Below the pieces are notes generated by a model. The model was given only the letters and a program-made list of their open reading frames with translations. It was not told the DNA's origin and searched no databases. This document shows positions 1-11,683 of a stretch of DNA of 64,000 nucleotides, one piece after another. The position numbers and the translations under genes are program-made. The DNA lies in assembly GCA_028283855.1 (NCBI GenBank), contig JAPWJX010000004.1, positions 161,394 to 225,393 on the forward strand, read 5' to 3'. The first letter of the stretch is position 1; every line of letters starts with the position of its first letter. This DNA is from Verrucomicrobium sp. Its GTDB lineage: Bacteria > Verrucomicrobiota > Verrucomicrobiia > Methylacidiphilales > GAS474.

Positions 1-239
1 AGGCCGCGCGCGGGCGGGACGCTGCCCTTTACCGAGGCCGCGAAGGGGAAGGAACGGATTTTCGCCGCCTGGAAGAAGGCCCGGGCGGTCTCCGCGATCA
101 TCCCCTCGGCGGCGTCCTCCTTCGCATGGGCGACGCGTACCGTGTTGTGGAGCTTCAGCGCCACGCCCAGGCAGTCGAAGCCGGGGCCGAGGTTGGAGCT
201 GGTCGCGGGGACGCGGACGGAGACGGCCTTAGTTTTCAT
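1..239 (-). CDS. thrB: homoserine kinase (5' part; runs off window start)
   Basis: Manual translation of the minus strand from ATG 239: [28 protein letters not shown]...VPPARGL, the GHMP homoserine kinase N-terminal motifs. Confidence 0.9.
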   Translation of the reverse strand, partial: MKTKAVSVRVPATSSNLGPGFDCLGVALKLHNTVRVAHAKEDAAEGMIAETARAFFQAAKIRSFPFAASVKGSVPPARG

Positions 240-891
240 GGGGAGGGTCGAGGGGTTCGGACGTGTGATCGGCGAAGGCGGGCGGCGCGGGGGCGGTGAC
301 GCGCCACCGGCGCATGGCGACGAAGCCGAAGAGCGCCCCGCCCAGGTGGGCGGTGTGGGCGATGGAGGGGAGCCAGCCCGCCGCCTGGCAGAGGATCTCC
401 ACGCCGACGAGGGCCAGGGCCAGCGTCCGCGCCGTCATCCGCAGCGGCAGGACGAAGAGGACCCAGACCTGCAGGGCGCGCCGGGGCGCGTAGCAGGCAT
501 AGGCGGCCAGGAGGCCGAAGACCGCGCCGCTGGCCCCCTCGATGGCGGCGTTCGGCTCCGGCTTGGTGGCCAGCCAGAGGAGGCCGGCGCAGAGGAGGGA
601 GCCCAGGTAGAGGGCCAGGAAGCGGCGCGGCCCCAGCGGCTCCTCCAGCTCCCGCCCCAGGAACTGGAGCATGAGCATGTTGAAGAGGATGTGGATGACC
701 AAGGTCTCCGAGTGGAGCCAGCCGTAGGTGAAGAGCTGCCACCACCGCCCCGCCGCGATGCCCGCCGGGGAAAGGGCGAAGGTGTCGTCAATCCAGCCCG
801 ATTCCTTCCCGTAGAAGAAAAGGAGCTGGAGGAGGAAGACGGCGCAGCAGCCCGCGATGAGGGCGAAGGTGAGGGGGGCGCGCCGCCTCAC
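229..891 (-). CDS. rhomboid family intramembrane serine protease
   Basis: C-terminal part of ORF 229..1593: [21 protein letters not shown] catalytic motif, AHLGG. GTG start at 891 overlaps the nadC stop (GTGA). Confidence 0.88.
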   Translation of the reverse strand: MRRRAPLTFALIAGCCAVFLLQLLFFYGKESGWIDDTFALSPAGIAAGRWWQLFTYGWLHSETLVIHILFNMLMLQFLGRELEEPLGPRRFLALYLGSLLCAGLLWLATKPEPNAAIEGASGAVFGLLAAYACYAPRRALQVWVLFVLPLRMTARTLALALVGVEILCQAAGWLPSIAHTAHLGGALFGFVAMRRWRVTAPAPPAFADHTSEPLDPPHEN

Positions 892-1736
892 GAGAGGACC
901 TCCAGGGAGAAGTCGACCGCGGTGGCGCTGTGGGTCAGCGCGCCGACGGAGATGAAGTCGACCCCCGTCCGCCCGACGGCGGGGACCCGCGCCAGCGTCA
1001 TGTTTCCGGAGGCTTCCAGCTCGACGCGGCCCGCCGCTTCCCGGACGGCGGTTTCCATCTCCTCCAGGCCCATGTTGTCCAAAAGGATGCGGTCGACGTC
1101 CAACTTCAGGAGGAGGCGGACCTGGTCGAGGGTGTCGGCCTCGAACTCGAGGAGCGCGTTCGGCTTGAGCGCGCGGGCGGCGGCGATCCGCTCCCGCAGC
1201 GTGGCGGGGTCGAAGGCGGTCCAGTGGTTGTCCTTCACCAGGAAATGGTCGTGGAGGCCGGTGCGGTGGTTGGTCCCGCCACCGCAGAGGACGGCGTATT
1301 TCTCCAAATGGCGCAGGCCGGGCGTCGTCTTGCGGGTGTCCAGGAGGCGGGTCTTCGTCCCGGCCAGGGCGTCGACGAAGCGGCGGGTCAGCGTGGCGAT
1401 GCCGGAAAGGCGCTGGAGGTAGTTGAGCGCGGGCCGCTCGCCGACGAGGAGGGGATGGAGCGCCCCCTCGATCCGCAGGACGGTGGCGCCGGGCTCCAGC
1501 GCGTCGCCGTCCCGGGCTTCCGCCGTGAGGCGCAGGGACGGGTCCTCTTCCCGGAAGACCGCCTCCGCCACGGGCAGCCCCGCCAGGACGCACCGTTCCT
1601 TGGCGAAGATGCGTGCCTTGGCGTGGCTTTGCGCGGGGACGAAGATTTGCGTCGTGATGTCGCCGGGGCCGCGATCCTCCTCCAGCGCGCGGCGGGCGGC
1701 CTCGCGGAGGATCTCCGGGGACGGCGGCGGGATCAT
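888..1736 (-). CDS. nadC: nicotinate-nucleotide pyrophosphorylase (quinolinate phosphoribosyltransferase)
   Basis: EDRGPGDITT, DTRKTTPGLR, EKYAV..GGG.NHR, LLDNM, ISVGALTHS motifs. Confidence 0.96.
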   Translation of the reverse strand: MIPPPSPEILREAARRALEEDRGPGDITTQIFVPAQSHAKARIFAKERCVLAGLPVAEAVFREEDPSLRLTAEARDGDALEPGATVLRIEGALHPLLVGERPALNYLQRLSGIATLTRRFVDALAGTKTRLLDTRKTTPGLRHLEKYAVLCGGGTNHRTGLHDHFLVKDNHWTAFDPATLRERIAAARALKPNALLEFEADTLDQVRLLLKLDVDRILLDNMGLEEMETAVREAAGRVELEASGNMTLARVPAVGRTGVDFISVGALTHSATAVDFSLEVLS

Positions 1737-2465
1737 CTAAACTTTGTCGCTGACCAGGGTGCCGACCTTCTCTCCCTGGACGACGGCCTTGAGGTTTCCC
1801 GGCTTGAACATGTCGAAGACGATGATCGGCATCCGGTTGTCCATGCAGAGGGAAAAGGCGGTCGAGTCCATGACGGCCAGGCGGCCCTTGAGCGCCTCCA
1901 GGTAGCTGATCCGGTCGAAGCGCTTGGCCTCGGGGTTCTTCTTCGGGTCGGAATCGTAGATGCCGTCGACCTTCGTCGCCTTGAGGATGATCTGGGCGCC
2001 GATTTCGTTGGCGCGCAGGGCGGCGGTGGTGTCGGTGGAGAAGAAGGGGTTGCCCGTGCCGGCGACGAAGATGATGACGCGCCCCTTTTCCAGGTGGCGG
2101 ATGGCCCGGCCGCGGATGAAGGTCTCGGCGATGTTCTTCATCTCGATGGCGGTGAGCACGCGGGTGGGCACGTCGACCTTTTCCAGCGCGTCGCGCAGGC
2201 CCAGGCCGTTCATGACGGTGGCCAGCATGCCCATGTAGTCGGCGGTGCTGCGGTCCATCCCGGCGTGGGAGGGGGTCAGGCCGCGCCAGATGTTGCCGCC
2301 GCCGATGACGATGGCCACCTCGACGCCCAGCCGGTGGATTTCCGCGATCTGCTTGGCGATCTGAAGGGTGACCTGCGGATCGATCGCCTCCTCTCCGGCC
2401 AGCACCTCCCCGCTGAGTTTTAGGAGGATGCGTTTGAAGGTCGAGGGCCGGGGAGTGTCTTGCAT
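1737..2465 (-). CDS. pyrH: uridylate kinase
   Basis: [36 protein letters not shown] motifs. Confidence 0.97.
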   Translation of the reverse strand: MQDTPRPSTFKRILLKLSGEVLAGEEAIDPQVTLQIAKQIAEIHRLGVEVAIVIGGGNIWRGLTPSHAGMDRSTADYMGMLATVMNGLGLRDALEKVDVPTRVLTAIEMKNIAETFIRGRAIRHLEKGRVIIFVAGTGNPFFSTDTTAALRANEIGAQIILKATKVDGIYDSDPKKNPEAKRFDRISYLEALKGRLAVMDSTAFSLCMDNRMPIIVFDMFKPGNLKAVVQGEKVGTLVSDKV

Positions 2466-2510
2466 TAAAGAGACAAAATCCTGGGGGGGGCGATTTTTGT
2501 CAATCTCATC

Positions 2511-3857
2511 TCATCCTCCCGCGCCGAATGTGGCGGCCGCTCCATCCACCCCCAGCTTTAAGAGCGTGCCGGGGGAGGTGACGATGGCGTGCCGCAATTT
2601 CGGCGTCAGGTCGTCGATGGGCTTTTCCGCCGTGCCGGAGAGGTGGGCCACCGCCCAGCGGTAATCGGCGGAGCGTTCCGGGTCCCGGGTGAAGAGGCTT
2701 TGGCCGTCCTTCGGCAGCCAGGCCAGGCTCTTTGGCTCCACGCCCAGGCGGATGATGCCGGTCAGGCGGCCTTTCTCGACGCGGAATTCTCCCTCCAGGC
2801 GGCAGAGGCCGGGGGCCTCCGTCACGATGCCGTCGACGTTGAAGACAGGGTCCCGCCATTCCCAGGAGGCCTGGGCTTCCCGAAGGCGGAGGTTGGCCCA
2901 CTCTTTGTTGTGGGAGAGCAGGGCCAGGAACCGCAGCGCCAGGGTGTTGCCGAAGATGACGTCGCTGACGGCGAAGTCCCCCTTGCCCCATCCGCCCTGG
3001 AGGGCGCGCGGGCCGTTCCACATCAGGTTGCCGCTGATGCGGCCGCCGCGCAGCCGGTCCCGCCAGGGGGGGTAGACCCAGCTCTTCAGCGGCAGGTCGG
3101 CGAAGGTGGCCTGGGCCTCCACGTGCTCATCCTCCGGCTGCATCCCGGCGAAGCCCCGCACCTTGAGCCAGCCGGGATCGTCCTCCTTCATGGGGGTGAG
3201 GGTGGCCCGCTCCACGATGAGGTAGGGCTTGGTGACGATGAAGGAGAGGTCGGCCACCCGCTGAAGGGGCAGCTGCGGCAGCTCGAAGGTCCCGCCGTTG
3301 CCGGTGAAGCGCCAGTCCTTTTCCCCGTAGGGAGTCACCCGCATGGGGACATGCCGCAGGCCGGACATTTTCCCGTCCACGTCCCAAAGGACCTGGGCGT
3401 CCGGGGTGAGGACCTCCTTCAGGTAGAATTTCTGCGGCATGAGCCAGACGTACCAGGGGCGGTGCCCGGCGTTGAGGGGGACCTTTTTCTTCGGGTCGGG
3501 CGGGCGCAGGGTCAGCGTGGCGTGGGCGATGGTGATGCGGTCCACCTGCCAGCGCCGCAGAAGGACGCCCCAGGGGTTGAAGCGGGCGGTGACCGTTTCC
3601 GCGTCGAGGGAGGCGATGGCCTCGCCCGGACGGCCCTTGCTGTGGAAGAAGTCGGTCCAGACGTCGCAGCCCTGGTGATGAAGGGGGGCGAAGTCCCCCT
3701 CGACCTTGAGGCCTTTGGAGGTCGACTCGGCGATTTTCTTTCGGAACGTGTCGCTGTCCAGGTAGGCGTCCAGCCGGGGCCGTTCCTGTTTCCAGGCGAC
3801 AGCCAGGCCGATCGCCAAAAGGACGAGGAAGAGGAGGAGGGCCCGGAGAAAAGTCAT
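2511..3857 (-). CDS. membrane-anchored hypothetical protein, AsmA-like beta-rich envelope protein
   Basis: 448 aa ORF in gene-like codon frame, N-terminal hydrophobic anchor followed by alternating beta-strand pattern; family assignment is a guess. Confidence 0.6.
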   Translation of the reverse strand: MTFLRALLLFLVLLAIGLAVAWKQERPRLDAYLDSDTFRKKIAESTSKGLKVEGDFAPLHHQGCDVWTDFFHSKGRPGEAIASLDAETVTARFNPWGVLLRRWQVDRITIAHATLTLRPPDPKKKVPLNAGHRPWYVWLMPQKFYLKEVLTPDAQVLWDVDGKMSGLRHVPMRVTPYGEKDWRFTGNGGTFELPQLPLQRVADLSFIVTKPYLIVERATLTPMKEDDPGWLKVRGFAGMQPEDEHVEAQATFADLPLKSWVYPPWRDRLRGGRISGNLMWNGPRALQGGWGKGDFAVSDVIFGNTLALRFLALLSHNKEWANLRLREAQASWEWRDPVFNVDGIVTEAPGLCRLEGEFRVEKGRLTGIIRLGVEPKSLAWLPKDGQSLFTRDPERSADYRWAVAHLSGTAEKPIDDLTPKLRHAIVTSPGTLLKLGVDGAAATFGAGG

Positions 3858-3889
3858 CTCCGGTTAACCTAGCCGAGAATCGGCGGGGA

Positions 3890-4672
3890 TCAACCGGCGG
3901 CGCCGCCGGCGTGGCCGTGGGGGGTCACCGCTTCCTGGGCGGAGGCGGCCAAAAATTCCCGGTTGAGGCGGACGATCAGGTCGTAGGGGATTTCCTTCGG
4001 GCAGACGGCCTCGCACGCGGTGGTGTGGGTGCAGGAGCCGAAGCCCTCCGCGTCCAGCGCGCGGACCATGCCCAGGACGCGCTCGCCGCGCTCCGGCTGG
4101 CCCTGGGGCAGGGAATTGAGGTGGGCGACCTTCGCCGCCACGAAGAGCATGGGGGAGCCGTTCTTGCAGGCGGCCGCGCAGGCGCCGCAGCCGATGCAGT
4201 GGGCGGCGTCGAAGGCGGCTTCCGCCATCCGGTGGGGGATGGGGGCGCCGTTGGCCTCCGGGGCCTGTCCGGTGCGGACGGAGACGTAGCCGCCGGCCTG
4301 GATGATGCGGTCAAAGGCGCTGCGGTCGGTCACCAGGTCGCGCAGGACGGGGAAGGCCCCGACGCGCCAGGGCTCGACGACGATGACGTCCCCGTCCTGG
4401 AAGGAGCGCATGTAGACCTGGCAGGTGGTGGTGCCCTGCGTGGGGCCGTGGGGGTCGCCATTAAGGACCAAGGAGCAGGTGCCGCAGATGCCCTCGCGGC
4501 AGTCGTGGTCGAAGGCGATGGGGGGGATGCCGCGCTTGGTGAGGTCGTCGTTGACGACGTCGAGCATCTCCAGGAAGGACATGTTGGGGTTGATGTCCTT
4601 GGCCTCGTATGTCTCGAACGCGCCGGACGCGTCGGCGTTCTTCTGCCGCCAAACCTTGAGGGTGAAGTTCAT
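3890..4672 (-). CDS. sdhB: succinate dehydrogenase/fumarate reductase iron-sulfur subunit
   Basis: [32 protein letters not shown] Fe-S motifs; adjacent to flavoprotein subunit. Confidence 0.95.
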   Translation of the reverse strand: MNFTLKVWRQKNADASGAFETYEAKDINPNMSFLEMLDVVNDDLTKRGIPPIAFDHDCREGICGTCSLVLNGDPHGPTQGTTTCQVYMRSFQDGDVIVVEPWRVGAFPVLRDLVTDRSAFDRIIQAGGYVSVRTGQAPEANGAPIPHRMAEAAFDAAHCIGCGACAAACKNGSPMLFVAAKVAHLNSLPQGQPERGERVLGMVRALDAEGFGSCTHTTACEAVCPKEIPYDLIVRLNREFLAASAQEAVTPHGHAGGAAG

Positions 4673-4682
4673 AGGTGGAGGT

Positions 4683-6601
<1,919 letters not shown>

Positions 6602-6602
<1 letters not shown>

Positions 6603-7306
6603 TATTTGACGTAGCCCAGGAAGACGAGGGCCGGGATGGCCGCCATGCCCAGGAAGACGCTCCAGGCGAAGAAGCGGGCGACGGCGTTCTGGAGGGCGAA
6701 GGTGGTCCGGTTCCCCACGCCCAGGCTGCGGAGCAGGGCCGCGCCGCCGTGGTGAAGGTGGAGGGCCAGGAAGCCGAGGGAGACGATGTAGAAGAGGACG
6801 ACCCAGACGTTGCTGAAGGCCGCCACCATCATGCGGTGGACGTCGTGGACGGGGGCGGGGACGCCGGGCAGCGGCGCCTCGAACGCGCGGTAGCCGTGAT
6901 AGGGCCCGCCCATGAGGGTGAACTGGTAGAGGTGGAAGATGATGAAGGCCAGGACCACGAGGCCGCCGACGAACATGAGGCGGCTGGCCAGGGAGGCCGT
7001 CTGGGGCTTGAGCTGCGCGTAGTCCTGCGGGCGGGCGGCGCGGTTCCGGCGGGTGAGGCGGACGGCGGCGTCGACGTGCAGGAGGACGGAGAGGATGAGG
7101 ACGGCCCGGAAGGTCCAGAGCAGCCAGGGATTGCCCTGGAGGAGGTAGGCGTAGTGGTTGATCTTCTCCGGCGGGAGGAAGATTTGCAGGTTGCCCAACA
7201 TGTGGACGATGACGAACCCGAAGAGGATGAGGCCGGTGACGGCCATGATCGCTTTGAGCCCGATGCTGGAGCGGAAGAAGGAGTGCTTCTTGGAGGCGGC
7301 GGCCAT
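6602..7306 (-). CDS. sdhC: succinate dehydrogenase cytochrome b558 anchor subunit
   Basis: [17 protein letters not shown], multiple TM helices with His ligands, first gene of the sdh operon; ATG 7306 preferred over TTG 7339. Confidence 0.92.
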
Positions 7307-7314
7307 GTGGGCGC

Positions 7315-7344
7315 AGAGTACGATATCTCGTACCGCCAAGTCAA
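7315..7344 (-). promoter_or_regulatory. sigma70-like promoter of sdhCAB with overlapping palindrome
   Basis: Minus strand TTGACT-N18-TACTCT 8 nt upstream of the ATG; GTACGA-tatc-TCGTAC inverted repeat at 7318-7333. Confidence 0.55.
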
Positions 7345-7373
7345 TCGGTCACTTGCAACAGAGTTTTTGCGGA

Positions 7374-8036
7374 CTAATCCAGCGATTCTAATAGCCCTTC
7401 CAGGCCGCGCCGGGGGCGGTCCAAAAGGTAGGCGCGCAGCCCCTGGGCGCGGGCGGGGACGTCGTCGTGCGCGGCCTCGTCGCCGACCATGGCGGCCTCT
7501 TCCGGCGCGCAGTCCATGGCGGCCAGGGCCTTGCGGAAGATGAGGGGATCGGGCTTGGCGCAGCCCATTTCCGCGCTGATGAAGAGGCGCTCGAAGAAGC
7601 GGCCCAGGCCGAGCCCTTCCAGCACCGGGCGGAGCCGCGCGTCCCAGTTGGAGAGGACGGCCAGACGCGCGCCGGAGCCCTGCAGCGCCTCCAGCGTGGG
7701 CGCCACGTCTGGGAAAAGCCGCCACACCTCCGGCTGGGAGAAGTGGGTGTACAGCTCCTCGAACCACGGCTCGAAGGCGGCGGGCGCGGGCTGCCCTTCC
7801 ACGCTGAGGCGGACGACCTGCCGCCACCACGCGCGGTCGTCGCCGTTTTCCGGCACCGTTCCCGCCGCGCGCGGGCCGAGCTTGCGGAACGCGGCGCGGA
7901 AGCCTTCCTGGAGCCGCGCGGGATCCAGCTCCGCGCCGTGCGCGCGGGCGATCGCGGCGTAGGTCTCGCCGACCGGGCGGGCGGGATGGAGGAGCGTCCC
8001 CGCCGCGTCGAAGAAGTAGACGGAGGGCTTCGTCAT
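7374..8036 (-). CDS. HAD-superfamily hydrolase (HDHD3/REG-2-like)
   Basis: C-terminal part of ORF 7374..8918: FFDAAGTL, VLSNWD, KPDPLIF, MVGD motifs; ATG 8036 overlaps the folC stop. Confidence 0.88.
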   Translation of the reverse strand: MTKPSVYFFDAAGTLLHPARPVGETYAAIARAHGAELDPARLQEGFRAAFRKLGPRAAGTVPENGDDRAWWRQVVRLSVEGQPAPAAFEPWFEELYTHFSQPEVWRLFPDVAPTLEALQGSGARLAVLSNWDARLRPVLEGLGLGRFFERLFISAEMGCAKPDPLIFRKALAAMDCAPEEAAMVGDEAAHDDVPARAQGLRAYLLDRPRRGLEGLLESLD

Positions 8037-9247
8037 CGGGCGGGGGAGAGGAGCTCGTTGAGCTGGGTTTCCTCCGCGTCGGCCCCTTCGTGGAGGCGGA
8101 GGGCCTCGGCGGCCAGGGTGAGGGAGCCGAGGAGGAGGGCGGGCTCCCCCCCGAGGTCGGGCCAGAGCGCGGCGAGGGAGGGATGGACCGCCGCGCCGGG
8201 GAAGTGGGGCAGGAGGCTTTCCGGGGCGGCGGCCCGCTCGCCGGGGAGGCCGACCAGATCGACCCGCGCCGCGCCGGGCAGGAGGAGCCGCGCGGCGGCG
8301 GCGGAGTCCTTGTCGGTGAAGGCGCCGAAGACGAGGCGGTAGGGAACGCGGTAGCTTTCCTTCCACGCGGCGACGGCGGCGGCGATCCCTTCCGGGTTGT
8401 GCGCGCCGTCGACGACCAGGGGCGGCTCTTTGCGCAATACCTGGAAGCGGCCGGGCCACGCGGCGGTGGCGAAGGCGCGGGAAAGTTCCTCGTCCGCGAA
8501 GGGGAGGACGAGGCGGAGGGCTGCGGCGGCGCAGGCGGCGTTGCGCGCCTGGTGCGGGCCGCGCAGGCCAAGCGGGCCGGGGAAGCCGGTATGAAGGACG
8601 GTGAGCGGCGCGCCCTTTTCCTCCGCGCGGCGGCGCAGGACGTCCAGGGCGGGGCCCGCCTCCTGCCCGGTGACGGCGGGGACGCCGGGCTTGAAGATGC
8701 CGGCCTTCTCGGCGGCGACCGCCTCCGGCGTGTCGCCCAGGAACTCGCGGTGGTCGGTCCCGATGTTGGTGACGATGGTGACGGCGGGGGTGACGATGTT
8801 GGTCGCGTCGAGCCGCCCGCCGAGGCCGGTTTCCCAGACGGCCCATTCGACGCCCGCCTGCGCGAAGTGGCGGAGGGCGACGGCGGTGACCGCCTCGAAG
8901 AAGGTCGGCGGGCCCCATTCTTCCGGCAGGGAGACGGCGGCAACGGCGGCGATCCCGGCGGCGAAGGCCTCGCGGGAGATCGGGACGCCGTCGACCTGGA
9001 TCCGCTCCCGCACGCTGCGGAGGTGGGGGGAGGTGTAGAGGCCGGTCCGCAGGCCCCGGGCGCGGAGCGCGGCGGCGCAGAAGGCGGCGGTGGAGCCCTT
9101 TCCGTTGGTCCCCGCGATGTGGACGAAGCGGAGCTTTTTTTCCGGGGAGCCGAGGGCGGCGGCCAGGGCCTCCATCTTGCCCAGGCCCAGCTTCATCCCC
9201 AGCCGCCGGGTCTGGCCGAGCCAGGCGAGGGCCGCGGCGTAGTCCAT
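8033..9247 (-). CDS. folC: bifunctional folylpolyglutamate/dihydrofolate synthase
   Basis: HIAGTNGKGST, YTSPHL, ETGLGGRLDATN, DGAHNP. Confidence 0.95.
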   Translation of the reverse strand: MDYAAALAWLGQTRRLGMKLGLGKMEALAAALGSPEKKLRFVHIAGTNGKGSTAAFCAAALRARGLRTGLYTSPHLRSVRERIQVDGVPISREAFAAGIAAVAAVSLPEEWGPPTFFEAVTAVALRHFAQAGVEWAVWETGLGGRLDATNIVTPAVTIVTNIGTDHREFLGDTPEAVAAEKAGIFKPGVPAVTGQEAGPALDVLRRRAEEKGAPLTVLHTGFPGPLGLRGPHQARNAACAAAALRLVLPFADEELSRAFATAAWPGRFQVLRKEPPLVVDGAHNPEGIAAAVAAWKESYRVPYRLVFGAFTDKDSAAAARLLLPGAARVDLVGLPGERAAAPESLLPHFPGAAVHPSLAALWPDLGGEPALLLGSLTLAAEALRLHEGADAEETQLNELLSPAR

Positions 9248-9254
9248 GGGCGGG

Positions 9255-10100
9255 CTACTTCTTCTTCAGGTAACGGAGGATCTTGGCCAGGGTCGGCCGC
9301 ATGGAGAGGCGCGGCACGATCATGTCGATCAGGCCGCGGTCCAGGAGGAACTCGGCGGTCTGGAAGCCCTTGGGGAGGTCCTGCTTGGTCGTCTCCTTGA
9401 TGACGCGCTTGCCGGCGAAGCCGACCATGGCGTGGGGCTCGGCCAGGATGACGTCGCCCAGGGAGGCGTAGCTGGCGGTGACGCCGCCCATGGTGGGGTT
9501 GGTCAGGATGGAGATGAAGGGCAGCCCGGCCTCGTGGTGGCGGGCCAGGGCGCCGCTGGTCTTGGCCATCTGCATGAGGCTCATGGCGCCCTCGTGCATG
9601 CGGGCGCCGCCGGAGGTGGAGATGATGAGGACGGGGACCTTCGCCTTGGTGGCGCGTTCGATGGCGCGGGTGATCTTCTCCCCTACCGCCGCGCCCATGC
9701 TGCCGCCCAGGAACTTGAAGTCCATGGCGGCCAGGGAGGCCTTCTCCCCCTCGATGGAGAGGAAGCCGCTGACGACCGCTTCCCGCAGGCCGGTGCTTTT
9801 CTGATATTTCTGGATCTGCTCCGCGTAGGCCTTCACGGCCACGAAGTTGAGCGCGTCGACGGGGCCCAGGCCCGCGTCCTCTTCCTTGAAGGTGCCGGGG
9901 TCGGCCAGCAGCTCCGCCCAATCCCGGGCCCCCAGGGCGAAGTGGTGCTGGCACTTCGGGCAGACCTGGGTGTTGTCCGCCAACTGCTTGGCGTAGAGCA
10001 TCTCCCGGCAGTGCGGGCAGCTGGTCCACAGGCCATTGGGGATCTCCAGGCGGGTCTCGCCGGAGGGGATGCTGATCGCTTCGGGGGATTCGTTTTGCAT
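9255..10100 (-). CDS. accD: acetyl-CoA carboxylase carboxyltransferase beta subunit
   Basis: LWTSCPHC..CPKC zinc finger, FLGGSMG, SGGARMHEG, GFAGKRVI. Confidence 0.96.
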   Translation of the reverse strand: MQNESPEAISIPSGETRLEIPNGLWTSCPHCREMLYAKQLADNTQVCPKCQHHFALGARDWAELLADPGTFKEEDAGLGPVDALNFVAVKAYAEQIQKYQKSTGLREAVVSGFLSIEGEKASLAAMDFKFLGGSMGAAVGEKITRAIERATKAKVPVLIISTSGGARMHEGAMSLMQMAKTSGALARHHEAGLPFISILTNPTMGGVTASYASLGDVILAEPHAMVGFAGKRVIKETTKQDLPKGFQTAEFLLDRGLIDMIVPRLSMRPTLAKILRYLKKK

Positions 10101-10127
10101 GGCTCTATATATAAAGGGATTAGGAAG

Positions 10128-10823
10128 TCAGGCGCGGGCGATGGTGAGGGCGGCGACCCGGGCCGCTCCGGCCGCCAAGAGGATGCGGGCGCACGCCTCG
10201 GCGGTCGCGCCGGTGGTCAATACATCGTCGATTAGTAGCAAATGGCGGCCTTCCACGTCAAACCGGGCGTTTACCTGGAAGGCCCCCAGCAGGTTCCGCA
10301 ACCGGGGGCCGCGGCTCAGCCGGGCCTGTTGGACGGTGGGGCGCGCTCTCTTTAAACAGGGGAGGACGGGGATCCCTTGGCGCCTGCCCAGAGCCCGGGC
10401 CAGTTCCGCCGCCTGGTTGAAGCCGCGCTCCCGCCGCCGCAGAGGGTGGAGGGGGACCGGGACCAGCCCGTCCCAATTCTCCCCGGCGGCAAAGCGGCGG
10501 AAGCCGTCCTCCAGCCAGTCGGTCAGGGGAGAGAGGTAATGGGACTGGCCGCCGTATTTAAAGTGGAGGATCGCGTCGCGGACGGTCCCCTCGGCGCGAT
10601 ACGCCGCCCGGGCCCAGGCCAGGGACCATTCCCGTTCCTGGCAGTTGGCGCAGAGGAAGGGGCCGGGGAAGACGCCGGGAAAGGGCTCCCCGCACTGGCG
10701 GCAAAAGGGGGCGGCGACCCGCCGCGTGCCGGGCAGCTCCGGGTCGATCGCGGCGGGCGGGAAGAGGAGGTCGGCGCCGGTCCGGCCCCACTCCTTCGCT
10801 GCCGAATAGAGCTCAACCCACAT
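10128..10823 (-). CDS. ComF family amidophosphoribosyltransferase-like protein
   Basis: C-terminal part of ORF 10128..11861: CRQCG..CANC, VPVPLH, RGFNQA, LLIDDVLTTGAT. Confidence 0.9.
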   Translation of the reverse strand: MWVELYSAAKEWGRTGADLLFPPAAIDPELPGTRRVAAPFCRQCGEPFPGVFPGPFLCANCQEREWSLAWARAAYRAEGTVRDAILHFKYGGQSHYLSPLTDWLEDGFRRFAAGENWDGLVPVPLHPLRRRERGFNQAAELARALGRRQGIPVLPCLKRARPTVQQARLSRGPRLRNLLGAFQVNARFDVEGRHLLLIDDVLTTGATAEACARILLAAGAARVAALTIARA

Positions 10824-10828
10824 AGAGC

Positions 10829-11683
10829 TCAATCCCCACGGGGCCACCTCCGCACGATCGGCAGGATGAGGAAAAGGAGGACCAGGCTGACGGGATTTTC
10901 CAGGAAGGAGCCCCCGGCCCAATGGCCGGGCCACCCGGCGGTGAGGGCCTGGCTGGCCTTTGCGCCGACGATCCAGCCCGCGTGAAGGCCCATGGAGAGC
11001 CAAAGCCGCCCCGTGCGGAGGTAGGCCGCACCCAGGACGAGGCCGACGGCCAGGAGCGTGGCGAAGCGAAAGGCCATGTTCGGCTGGGCCAGCGCGCCGA
11101 GCGGCTCGAAGGCGTGGCCCACGGCGGCGAAGCCGGAGGCCCAGGTCACCGGCTGCGGGGCGAACGTGGCGGGGACCTTGATGAAATGGAAGAGGGCGAA
11201 GAGCGCCGCGCCGGCCAAGAGGCCCGGGACGCCGCCCCACGCGCGGACGAGGGTCCCCTGGATGACGCCCCGGAAGAGGACCTCCTCCACGAAGGCCAGG
11301 ACGGCCGCGCCGAGGGCGACGCCCGCCAGGCCGCAGAGGAAGGGGAGCGGGGGCTGCGGCGTCCAGCCCCGGCCGCCCGCCGCCACCGCCAGCGCGGCGA
11401 AGAGGAGGGCGGAGAGAAGGCCGATTTCCAGCCCGCCCAGCCAGTCCTTCCCGCGCCGGGGCGAGGGCCCCAGGCCCAGGGCCGGGGCGGAGGCCAGCCC
11501 CAGCGGCTTGCGGAAAAGGAAGAGCCCCGCCAGCGCGGCGAGCATCAGCGCCCGGTCGACGTAGCGGTGGAAGGGGTGGGCGATCCACCCGTGCCCCAGC
11601 CAATAGAGAGGCGGGGAGAGGAGCGCCGCGCCGAGGAAGACGAAGGCGATGCAGCCCCAAAGGGCGCGGCTGGAGGCGGGCAT
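10829..11683 (-). CDS. CPBP (Abi/CAAX protease-like) intramembrane metalloprotease
   Basis: Hydrophobic; EEVLFRG, FALFH, SMGLHAGW motifs. Confidence 0.85.
   Translation of the reverse strand: MPASSRALWGCIAFVFLGAALLSPPLYWLGHGWIAHPFHRYVDRALMLAALAGLFLFRKPLGLASAPALGLGPSPRRGKDWLGGLEIGLLSALLFAALAVAAGGRGWTPQPPLPFLCGLAGVALGAAVLAFVEEVLFRGVIQGTLVRAWGGVPGLLAGAALFALFHFIKVPATFAPQPVTWASGFAAVGHAFEPLGALAQPNMAFRFATLLAVGLVLGAAYLRTGRLWLSMGLHAGWIVGAKASQALTAGWPGHWAGGSFLENPVSLVLLFLILPIVRRWPRGD

Noticed and set aside
3870-3880. TAGCCGAGAAT near-match to the conserved element
   Set aside because: Mismatched core and opposite orientation to the downstream gene; part of a small GCCGA-ttc-TCGGC hairpin after sdhB
10801-10809. 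GCCGAATAG near-match
   Set aside because: Inside the comF coding sequence, antisense, with no gene start downstream
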